From positions 31,240,358-31,292,824 of the forward strand of contig CM119263.1 in NCBI GenBank assembly GCA_051294375.1: DNA of 52,467 nucleotides, in the 5' to 3' direction. Each line of letters starts with the position of its first letter. Position 1 is the first letter of the stretch. Origin of the DNA: Paraspadella gotoi (lineage: Eukaryota > Animalia > Chaetognatha). Position numbers and translations under genes: made by a program. Shown here in pieces: positions 21,301 through 38,200 of this stretch. A model generated the notes under the pieces. The model saw only the letters and a program-made list of their open reading frames with translations. It made no database searches and was not told the origin of the DNA.

Positions 21301-22979
21301 AAAGTTATTGGAAAATTTGGTTTACAACAACGGCTGTTTTAAATTGTAGAGAAAAATAACGGACATGTTTTGATTTTTTTGTAAGAGTTCATCAATGCAA
21401 AACAAAAAGTTGAAAATCAGTTTAAAAAAATATTTTGTGTGTGTGAGAGAAATGAAACAATTTAACTTGGTCATTTACCAAACCTTACCCTTACCAATGT
21501 ACTGTGGATAAAGCGCTAAGTGGGGCTGAAGAGTACTATCCGCAACTTCTTCAACCCCCTCGAGCAGCGATGGAACGGGTCCTGGGCTTGGAACCAGGCT
21601 TAAGGGTTTTCCACGCCCCCCAAATAGGGACCAACTCCAGAGATAATATAAAATTTCGACTATTATCAAAGTATTTTTAGTTGTCTTGACTAAATATTTA
21701 AGCAATCATTTTCAAAAAAAATTTACATAATACGTCTTGATTAATACATTAAATATTACTTGTCTTTTTTTACATTATAAAAAAATTTTTTTGAAATCTT
21801 AAAATATAAAAAAATGATAAAATCATCGAAAAATATTTAAAATAGAATTATACTTTGTGTAGACAACTTTTTATGAGCTATCTGAATCTAGTCTTACAAT
21901 TTTAAAATTATCAAAAAAAATTTTGGCCTTTCCTATTTATAAATAATATTAAAAAAATAATTTTTTGGGTATAGAGCCACATAAGAAATGTTTTTGTCTA
22001 TTGAAAGTATACTTTCAAAATGTATAAATTTTCGTTTGAGCATGTAGTCATTCTAAATTTTTGACTCACCCCATTGAGTGGAGCTACCCCTACCCTAAGG
22101 CGGCTTAAGGCCGTCCTCACGCTTCCCGTAGGGTAGGTACTAAGTGGTCATGTGCTGATGGCTTTATTCAATGAGCCACCGGGTCACGACTGAAGGTGTC
22201 ATGCTTATAGTCGGGGTGAACCTAGGCAATGCCCGACTACAGTACTACAATAGCAAATTAAAAACTCTGTATTTTTACTGTAAATTATTTGGTTAATTAA
22301 ATGAGTTTGTAAAAAAAATAAGACAAATTGAGAAAAAATGAACTCGGAAAGAGAAATATGTAGATGGTGTAGTTGCTCCCCCCACAATTAAATTCCTCAT
22401 TAAAACCACTTTTCTTCAAGAACATTTTTTTTTTTTTTTTTTAAGGACATGGTTGAGGAAACAAACCAGTTCATCAACACTCACCTCGACACGGTCCGCA
22501 ATCGCCTCATACGCATGGGCCTCTTCATGGACATGGCCATGATGTCGTTGACCGTCTCCGCCGTAATTGCCAGCGTCTTTGGAATGAATCTCGTCAACGG
22601 TCTCGAGAACAGGCCGGCCGCTTTCTTCGTCGTCGTCAGCGTCATGACCGGATTGACGGTCGGCGTCTATTCTATCATCTTCATCAAATACGTTCGCAAC
22701 ATCGGCGACGCCTCCACGGCCCATTCCTACGTGGCCCTCAAGAACTTCTTTCAATACGTGGACGAGTTGGATCGTATCGTGGAGTTGAAGGGGAAATCCA
22801 GTTTCACCAAGACGGATTTCAAGGAAGTTCTCGTCGGCCTCACGGGGACTAAAGTGACCAGCGACGAGGCGGAATTCATCTTTAAGATGTTCGACGTTAA
22901 TAAAGACGGGACCTTGAATCTGGAAGAAGTAAAACTGGAGTCGGCGAAGAGGAAAAACAGGAAGATTAACATGTGGTGA
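12312..22979 (+). CDS. MRS2: Mitochondrial Mg2+ channel MRS2 (CorA family) with C-terminal EF-hand
   Basis: Exons 12312-12683, 18529-18680, 19441-19714, 21082-21246, 22446-22979 join in frame; Arg-rich targeting peptide, LPPRDL, FEHVVLE, LLNSDEDMAGFYLT, EVELLVEAY, LDTVRNRLI, FGMNL signature, two TMs, DVNKDGTLNLEE. Confidence 0.9.
13899..13970 (+). ncRNA. tRNA-derived head (degenerate Pol III A/B box) inside the LTR; second copy 14318-14389
   Basis: 72 nt; acceptor-like stem GCGGCCA/TGGTCGC; T-arm CCGGG-GTTCTAG-CCCGG; anticodon arm is not intact, so not a functional tRNA. Confidence 0.7.
13973..14048 (+). ncRNA. Twister ribozyme, P5-type circular permutation (5' LTR)
   Basis: P5 AGCAGU/ACUGCU; AAGAGG-G-A-CGG; U^AA-CCC-GC; P3 UGUAAC/GUUACA; P4 CCUGA-UCCGAAGC-UCAGG; pseudoknot CGG/CCG; predicted cut between 13997 and 13998. 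Confidence 0.75.
14392..14467 (+). ncRNA. Twister ribozyme, P5-type (3' LTR); one pseudoknot mismatch
   Basis: Same fold as 13973-14048, but CAG replaces CGG in the pseudoknot; predicted cut between 14416 and 14417. Confidence 0.65.
14933..14972 (+). ncRNA. Minimal type I hammerhead ribozyme (Penelope-like element type)
   Basis: GCA-CUGAUGA-A-GGCUU-GAAUGA-AAGCC-GAAAC-UU-GUC^-UGU; predicted cut after 14969; AATAAA ~10 nt downstream. Confidence 0.75.
15040..15420 (-). mobile_element. Truncated hAT MITE (family B), inverted relative to 10328
   Basis: Reverse complement of ~10330-10620, ending ...gtatgtaactttcactacgc; other end not found. Confidence 0.7.
15433..15690 (-). mobile_element. Solo LTR or SINE-like element with tRNA head plus twister, a divergent relative of the TRIM LTR
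   Basis: Minus strand: 5' hairpin TGGTG-GTCCTAT-CACCA (LTR has TGGTGGA-CTAAGA-TCCACCA), A box TAGCTCAGTGG, B box GGTTCGAGCC, then twister; boundaries approximate. Confidence 0.65.
15490..15574 (-). ncRNA. Twister ribozyme, P5-type
   Basis: CAUGUU-G-AAAGUGG-G-A-UGG-ACCGGG-U^AA-CCC-GC-CU-GUAGGC-AUGG-GUCUAC-UG-CCAGA-UCCAAAGC-UCUGG...AACAUG; compensatory changes relative to the LTR copy. Confidence 0.75.
15810..16030 (-). repeat. Interspersed family C copy
   Basis: Matches 36660-36830 and 50235-50345 in the same orientation, and 10150-10325 and 28090-28260 in reverse. Confidence 0.7.
18065..18333. mobile_element. AT-rich foldback/MITE
   Basis: Imperfect arms gatatgggttctcatc...gtttcatattgatt / aatccatatgaaac...gatgagaagctatatc, plus inner arms tttactgcaatat / atattgcagtaag. 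Confidence 0.6.
18978..19422. mobile_element. GC-balanced foldback element with ~150-bp inverted arms
   Basis: attatggtaacagccgggttgcctgtgatg... / ...catcacaggcaacccggctgttgccataat; right arm has a ~90-bp insert (~19250-19337); possible TA TSD. Confidence 0.8.
19755..21040. mobile_element. hAT-type MITE (family B) with nested HINE-like element
   Basis: Ends TAAGGCGTCG / GCTACGCTTTA; 8-bp TSD GTAGTTAT at 19747-19754 and 21041-21048. Confidence 0.85.
19885..20588 (+). mobile_element. Full-length non-autonomous Helentron (HINE/DINE-1-like), family A
   Basis: 5' subTIR ATCGTCGCAATCGC (19889-19902) with nearby partner TTGCGATGAT; (GTC)n microsatellite; 3' subTIR GCTATTGCGACGAT (20553-20566), short CTTA..TAAG hairpin, T-rich flanks, no TSD. 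Confidence 0.72.
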
Positions 22980-23952
22980 AAATGAAAAAAAAAATGAGAA
23001 TTGGGGAGTCCGATGGAAACTACTAATCCCTCTGTCAACTAGAATTGAAATATCATAGAGGGAACCTTAAATTTTGAGGTCAAATTAATGTCGGCCAAAA
23101 AGCAACTGGAAGATTTACATGAGGTGAAGAGAGGGGATGAAACATCCTGCGCTGAGCTTCCAGGCGAAACCGAGTATTACCTCAGAACCGTAATTTCTGA
23201 GAAACCATTTGAAATGTGATATGACATTAACCCCGTCCAATTTCAGACCTTCTATAACAATAACAGGCTCCTATTGCAGACACCAGCAACTCAGGACCTT
23301 AAGTTAGTAGTTGTCATGTGGGCATGCAGAGAAACAATAGAATTAAAACCTGGGAAATAAATGCTTGCTTAATATAAATATTTTAGGTCCTATATTAAGC
23401 TGTTTTAGTGGCTTTTGTCATTACATCAGTTTTATAGAACTGACATTTTTCCGATTGAATTTTTACCCTCTAGTCTTTTTAGTTGTCTGTATTTTTATTT
23501 TTATAAAATTGTCTGTAAAAAGATTAATACAGTATGTTCCTCCAGCAATGTTTTAGTTAACATTTGTAAGAGAGCTAAATGGTATACATTTTCTTCTCAT
23601 TTTTAAAATTATTTATTCTACATCAATTAAAGCAATCTTTTATACAACAGTATGTAGTTTTACGAAATATTAATTAATTAATATTAATTACTACTAATAT
23701 ATACTCTCTGATAGCAAAACTTTAGAAATTACAGTTGACTTATTTTCAAAATCTAGGTTTTACTAGATTTTCCATACCGAACGCAAACCGTGCATGGATT
23801 TAATTTTTCTGCTGTCGGGTTTTTTTTTTTCCGACATTTTCTTTGGTTAAATTATTTTTATTTTGTTTTAATTTAGATAGTCATTTAAAAACTTTATAAT
23901 GACTATACCGTTCTCTAATTATTAAACTCCACGATAACCTGCCGACGTCGTC

Positions 23953-30934
<6,982 letters not shown>

Positions 30935-31639
30935 GAAAGAAGGAATTATTATTATTATTATTATTAATCATTTGATTAATTAGCATCTTAATCATTCCTC
31001 ATTCCGACATCCGCATGATTTTTTTTTTTTATTTTTAACATTATTTCTCTCACGCGAATGTTTGAGAACATTTTTTTATTTTCGAATTGTTTTCTTTTTG
31101 AAGTATAGCCATTTTATACACATTATACAACGTTATTATAGTTTTTGTTTTCTTTTTTTACATCTTTGTATTTGATTTAGCGGCGAGGATGAAAACTTGT
31201 TATTCTCAATTTTTTTCCCCGAATTTCTGATACTTAATTATGTTTATACAATACGAAAATTTATAGATATGAATTATTTTTAATTGCAACAAATGTTAGG
31301 AAAGAAAAAGGTAGGGATAAAATGTTTGTTCATTATCTTGAGATCAGATATATATTTAAATATATATCATATGATATACATAAGAAAATATTTGCAATAA
31401 GATGACTGACACTTGAACTTTTTATAAGTTTCGTTTATGGGGTTTTTTTTTGGTCAAAATGTTGAAAACTTATTGTTTAATTTTTATAAAAAATATATTT
31501 GTGATAATTTTTCTTTTACTTTAGGTTTTTTAAAGTTCCATCAACCACGTGTACTCGTATAAACATGAGTCAGAACATTCATAAGTATGGAGCGGAAAAG
31601 TTATACACTTTGTCAAAGTTACTATAAGTTATTTAGAAT

Positions 31640-32050
31640 TTTTTTTTTTTTTTTTTTTTTCTGAAAAGAAAACAGAGCAAACAAATAATTGCGGGAATGG
31701 TTGCAAAAATATCTTATGTCCACAATAAACGAGAACAAATAAGGGGAAGATAAAAATGAAAAAGAAGAAGAGATCGGGAGACAAAGTCAAGCAACTCCGT
31801 CCACATGAGACGGCAACTCAATCACGGGACTTCGGGAAGCGAGCAGGTCCCCGTTCTCGCGCTGAAGGCAGACAGAAAGTCTCTCAAAAAAGTGCTTAGA
31901 CGTTTTGCCGATATCTAAGCCTGCATTCGTTGCTTGGAGTTTGGCGAAATCTTTTAAGTTTGAGAAAGCATCCAGATCCATGCCCCAAAGGTAGTAACAA
32001 CCAGAGGGATGAAGCCAACGTCCGGCCGGCAGTTTGCCTTCGTACTTAGC
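31640..32050 (-). mobile_element. 5'-truncated non-LTR retrotransposon with restriction-like endonuclease C-terminus (CRE/NeSL-like), frameshifted
   Basis: Minus-strand AKYEGKLP/DVGFIPLVVTTFGAW/DLDAFSNLKDFA...FFERLSVCLQRENG...stop, 3' UTR, poly(A) (T run 31639-31660); candidate TSD TTTAGAATT at 31632-31640 and 32072-32080. Confidence 0.72.
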
Positions 32051-32154
32051 ATGTTTAGAATGTTTAGCATGTTTAGAATTGGTAGTTGCTTTTAATAATG
32101 ATTATAATTTAGTCGTATTTCAAATTCTGGCTGCTGCAGAATTTTAATTTAGCG

Positions 32155-32305
32155 TTTTTTTTTTTTTGTTTTTTTTTTTCTAAAAGAAAACAGAGTAAAC
32201 AAATAATTACGGGAATGGTTACAAAAAGTTCCTATGTTAACAATAAATGCGAACAAAAAAGGGAAAAGAAAAAAGAAATCTGGAGTGTAAGTCAAGCAAC
32301 TCCAA
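32155..32305 (-). mobile_element. Second 3' tail of the same LINE family
   Basis: Matches 31660-31800, including gtcaagcaactcc and a T run. Confidence 0.72.
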
Positions 32306-35270
32306 AATTGACTACTGCACCCATTTTTAAAACCGCGGAAAAATCGAATAATCGAGTTAATTTTAATGACTAGAAATAAAAAAGCGCAGTAAAACAAACG
32401 TAAAGATAACAAATGAGCAATGATCAATGAACGGAATTTTTGTTCCATTCTTTTGGGGGCCCTGCGATTAAACTCCACAAAGCTGATAAAAGATATGAAT
32501 ATTATTGAGTGACGAACATCTTTTTGAGATTTACAAACGAACGACATCATTCTCACTTTTAAAGAAACTCGTCATAAGATGTTGCAAGCCGATTTGGTCC
32601 CAAAGCTTGGAAAAGATTGACTTGACCAGCTGAAAATATTTTTTGACAAAGATTATTATGTGGTGAAATTTTATTAAAAAGATAATTTCTGTCACCGTTT
32701 GAATCGTTATTTGGTTGAGATATGACTTTATCATCTCTGTTTTTCTACCAGCAAAGTTTTGTGGCGTCAGTTTGTACACGGGCTAAAACAAGAACTTAAT
32801 ATTTAACAAAATAAATGGACGAATTCTGGTCGCATTTGTTTAAAATGTATATCTTAAATGGTGAATATAAAAATTTTCCCTTAGAAAATGTGCTTGGTCA
32901 TGTTCAGAGTTAACTAGGTTCTGCGGTGACAACTCTAATCTCTGACAACTCTAATCTCTCACTCATCTCTCTTCATCTCTGCGTTGACAACTTTACAGAC
33001 GACTTCATATTAGAAAATGCTCTTAAGTTAAGACATTAATGCAAATGATCTCATGAAAAAAAATTTCTTTTTTTTAAAAAAAATTCTGTTCATTCTTTGC
33101 CCCCCTGGAGTGACCCTGTATCGTACCTCAGGGGTAAAATATTGAAAATCGCCTTGATTGTCCCATTTCTACGGCTATTGGGATACTGAACGCAAAATCG
33201 TATCAAATTTGGTTCAGTGATTTGGTCAGAACTGATTCTCGGTTCGAAAAAACCTTCTGTAATCTCTGACAACTCTAATCTCTCTTCACCTCTGCGTTGA
33301 CAACTCTAATCTCTGGTTTCTTCCCTCTCATCTTTCGCCACTTGTGCTTTGGCTTTACGTGCCAAGGATCCTTCTTCGGTTTGGGTCTTTCCTTTCAATA
33401 AAATATAAATAAATATTTTATATGCAAATAATTTGAGAACGCAGACTTGTCACCTCTTGAGTGGTGATCCTTCGATACTCAAACCAATCGAACCATCCTT
33501 TTCTTCTCTTTTCTGTCGTCGATCTTTCCACCTGAGATTTGAAATCATTTCCCGTTGAGTCTTCTTTCCTTCCTTCTCTTTCCTTTTTTCCTTCAGCTCT
33601 ACGAGTCTACGACCCGGCCATGAGTTTCATCCGGGGGTTTCATCATGTCGTTCCTCGTTGCCGTCGGGTGGTTCAGTCCTCAAGATTATTCGTATTAAAA
33701 TGAACAAATTTGACCTTTTTTTTCGGCAACTTTTTTTTTAACTCACTCAATGATCGGGAATCCACGAAGGTTTTATCTCGAGTCGCCAAGAAAAGAATCG
33801 ACGCCATGAGCCATTTTTCTTTTTCTTTCCATCTCATGATCTTTTGGAAAAGAAAATTTCTTTTTTAATCGATACCTAGTCTTAAATTCTGTTCGGTCAA
33901 ACAGTACGTAGTTTTTGTTTAATTCATCTCAGTGAACTGTCATGTAATTAAATTGAAAATGTTCAGGTAGTTTCTACAATGTCTTTTCTTGAATTAAATA
34001 TGGTTTAGTCTTGCAATCATTGTGATCAAACTTTTTTTTACTTCATTTCCAAATGATTATAATAACTCAAGTTTTTCTTTCTTATCTTACATTATACATA
34101 CTCTTATGCTACTCAAAATACTGTTATAATACTTTAATATATTTATGATTTTTATTTAAAAGTATGATTAGTAATATTTAAACTTTCATAATAGTAATCT
34201 TAGGTAATTTGTTATTAGTATAACGGACATATATGGCACTATCACATTTTTAGTATGATTTACACATTTCACCGTAAATGTGATCCTACTCTATTTTAAG
34301 TAATTTTGAAATTCAACATAATTTAACAAGTGACGCGATGAAATATGGCACGAGTCTAATTCTTAATATTATTTAGACTATTGTATATTATAAGATAACA
34401 TACGTAGCTCCAGCAATCTGGCAATACATCATTCCTCTACATCTCTCTCCTCCACATCCATGAATTCGTTGCCATTTTCTCTTCTTCAAAATGATTATTT
34501 CCCGCAAAACGAAAGATGTCGATCTCCTCTCTCTCTTCTTCCTTCAACCGCGCCCAATCTCGTCACGACATCTCGCTTCTCGAATAGAATATCATTCTGT
34601 TACGTCGTTCGGTTTCATTCGACTCTGTTCGTGTCAAGACTCATAGTTTTTCTTCCACCCGCCCGCTCGATCGGGGCCGCGTTATTTTCTTTGTATTTGG
34701 TCTTTATCTGTTGGCTCGATCGGGGCCGCGTTGAGATCCGCTCCGTCCCGTGGACTCGACAGCCCGGACTTTGAAGGAAGAGAGAGAGAGAGAGCCACGT
34801 TGGGTCTCTTTAAGCTGTCGTCGTCTCGTTTGAATTAATTGGTGATGATATGTCTTAATATTGAGTTCATGGTGTCGTCGTTAATTTCTCGTGGGACGAT
34901 TTTAATTATTTTCTTGTTTTATTAATTGATATTTATTATATTGATTACTCGATTCGTTTTTGACGCTCGGGCGTGAGTTCGCAAGTCACATCCGCCGACG
35001 ACCGCCCTTTCACTATTTATAGAATTGGTTCAACCGATATGATAAATTAGCCATTCATTCCACAAATAAAAAATAAACAATCTTTTAATATTTTTCTTGG
35101 TCGTCGACATTTTTTCTTTAGTTGCGAAAATCTCTTTTTTTTTGTCTTAAGTTTTATCTTTGTCAGTTTATTATACATTGTCCACATTCCCAGGTCATTT
35201 GATATAAATTCATCCGCTCAATACTTTTTACATCGAATCCAAATCCAAACTTTTTCTTTTCTTTCTCACG

Positions 35271-38200
35271 ATGATTCTTAAACGCGACAAGAAAGACGAA
35301 GAGGATCTCGTCAACCCTTTCCTCAATCTGGACAAGGCCACGGTCCTGCAGGAGGCGAGGACCTTCAACGAGACGCCAATCAACAATCGGAAATGCACGA
35401 CCATATTGACCAAGATCCTCTTCATCCTCAATCAAGGGGAGCAGCTCGGCACCACCGAGGCGACGGAGGCCTTCTTCGCCATGACCAAGCTGTTTCAGAG
35501 CAAGGACCTCACCGTCCGCCGCCTCTGCTATCTCACCATCAAAGAGATGGCCGACATTTCCGAGGACGTCATCATCGTCACGTCCTCGTTGACCAAGGAC
35601 ATGACGGGCAAGGACGACCTCTTCCGCGGCCCGGCCATCCGCGCCCTCTGCAAGATCACCGACGCCTCCATGATCCACGCCATTGAGCGCTACATGAAGC
35701 AGGCGATCGTGGATCGAGTCAACGCCGTCGCCAGCGCCGCTCTCGTCTCTTCGCTCAAGATGATGAGTTCGTCGCCGGATGTAGTGAAGCGTTGGGTCAA
35801 CGAGGCGCAGGAGGCCGTCAACAGCGATAACGTCATGGTGCAGTATCACGCTTTGGGTGAGTTACTTGGGTGATATCGCGTCTTCGGTGTGAGATTCTAT
35901 CAAGTCTTCTTGGTCATTTCTTTGCAATGTTTCAAAAATGTAATTAAAGATATTGGGCGACGAATATTCAATCACAAATATTTTCAGAAAACAACTCAAA
36001 ACGAGATGACAAATCGGAGAGATTATCTAAAAATGATTCTTATCACGAATCATAATTAAACTAATTTAATTTTAGGTTAATTTTGGTTTAATTAAAATAA
36101 GATGATTTAGACCATTTACAAATAATAAAAAAAATATTTTGTCCTTTTACAACCAAATTCACTTATGATGTTAGATTCTAATTAAATTAATTTTCCTCAT
36201 GCATGGAAGCATTTTAATATTTAACGATATATAAGAAATGATTAAAAAAATTTTAAAGAAATTTAAATTTTTAAAAATGGATTCTGATAAATTATTAACA
36301 AGTTAGATAAAGGTTAGTACTACAAATCATCATCATCTTTCATTAGATTTTATAGTTTTTATTATTTTTATAGATAAATCATTAAAATTTCCAAAAGTTC
36401 CATAATAACCTTCATCTAACTTTTCAAGCTCTATCAGAATCCGTTTAAAAAAATTTACATTAATTAAAAAAAAATTTTGACATTTTATAGTATTTGTTTA
36501 ATATAAAATAGCTTTCATGCTTTTAACTATAAGATAAATCTTGAATTTTTTAAAATTTTTACCAACTTTAATAAACACATTAACAAAATTTATACTGGAC
36601 TTCTGTTAGTTTGTAACCTGTTCCGCCTTAGTGTACAATAATGCAACTTTTTATGAAATTGGTACAACCAATATAAAAATTATCCATTCATTTAATAAAT
36701 AAGCTATCTTGCTCCTGACTTTAGACGGGCCTCGGTGGTTTAAGGCCTCCATCACTCTTACAAGATATAGACATAGACTCTCTCAAAGTCTCGTTTATTC
36801 ACTCCCAGAGTTCCTGGCTTACACGAGTCAGTATTTTGATGATCTTTAATTTAAAAACTTTTCCTTTCCCCCCCCCCCAATTCTCCAAGGCCTCCTGTAC
36901 CACATCCGTCGCAACGACCGCCTGGCCGTCTCCAAACTCGTCGCCAAATTCACCAAATCGAGTCTTCGGTCTCCTTACGCCGTCTGCCTCCTCATCCGCA
37001 TCGCTTGCAAGTTGATCGAGGGCGATCCCGATGGAAAGGCTTCGCAGGTCCGCCTTCCTAATATTTATTATTATTATTATTTATTGATTAAAAATTTTTT
37101 TTCTTTCGCTTTCAATCGCTTTATTTACCATTTGCAGGAATACTATTCCTTCATCGAGAGTTGCCTCCGCCACAAGAGCGACATGGTCATCTACGAAGCC
37201 GCCCACGCCATCGTCAACATGAAGGACACTTCGCCCAAAGACCTCGCGCCGGCCGTCTCTGTGCTGCAGCTCTTCCTCAGCTCGCCGAAGCCGACACTCC
37301 GCTTCGCCGCCGTACGGACGCTCAACAAGGTGGCCATGCGTCACCCGGCCGCCGTCACCGCCTGCAATCTCGATCTGGAGAATCTGATCACCGACGTCAA
37401 TCGGTGAGGGATGATGTGTCAGGGATAGTGAAATGTTTGTGTGAAAAGTTTTTTCGAAATCTGTGCTCAATTTAGAATTTTTGTTTGTAAGAAAATTTAG
37501 CTTAATTTTACTTTCGCCGACCGCGGTTTTGGCGCCCTTTGAAAAATTACTTAAAAATAGTGATTTTTTTAAAAAAATATATAAAAAAAATTTACCCAAT
37601 TACCCTAACCCTAAACCCTCTTAACCCTAATCACCCCTAACCCTAAACCACCTCTAAACCACCTTTAACCTTAATCTCTCCCTAACCCCGGTCGGCGAAA
37701 GTAAAAGTAACTCGAAAAGGGCTTTATAATTCTTAGTCCGTTGCCTAGTTGCATACGTTTTTATCAGTAATAAGACTGTTTTTTTGATGATGCATGTTTT
37801 GTGGCTGAGGTAAAGAAAGATGCAAGATGGATGTTTCAGTAAATTTTTAATTGATGCAAATCATATATTTGCCCGCGGTTAAGTATTTATGTAGGATAAT
37901 GAGGTTGAGTGTGTTCAGGACATTCGTCATTGCAAGCATCGCTGAGCTGCAAATGAGAAGAATCGTTAATAACTAACAATTTGGAAATGAATATTTTTGT
38001 TTTATTTTATTTTTGTTGACATTTCCTCTTTTTCCCTTGAAAGTTCGATCGCGACGCTTGCGATTACGACTCTCCTCAAAACGGGAAGCGAATCTTCGGT
38101 GGATCGACTCATGAAGCAAATATCTTCCTTCATGAGCGAAATCTCTGACGAGTTCAAGATCGTCGTCGTCCACGCCATCGCCTCGCTCTGCTCCAAATTC

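Noticed and set aside
22075-22249. HDV-like or hammerhead ribozyme
   Set aside because: Could not build the nested double pseudoknot; CTGATGG lacks the conserved A and there is no GAAA.
33350-33850. Possible minus-strand gene between SMC3 and COPG
   Set aside because: Only a short (~59-aa) unrecognisable ORF and no consistent exon chain.
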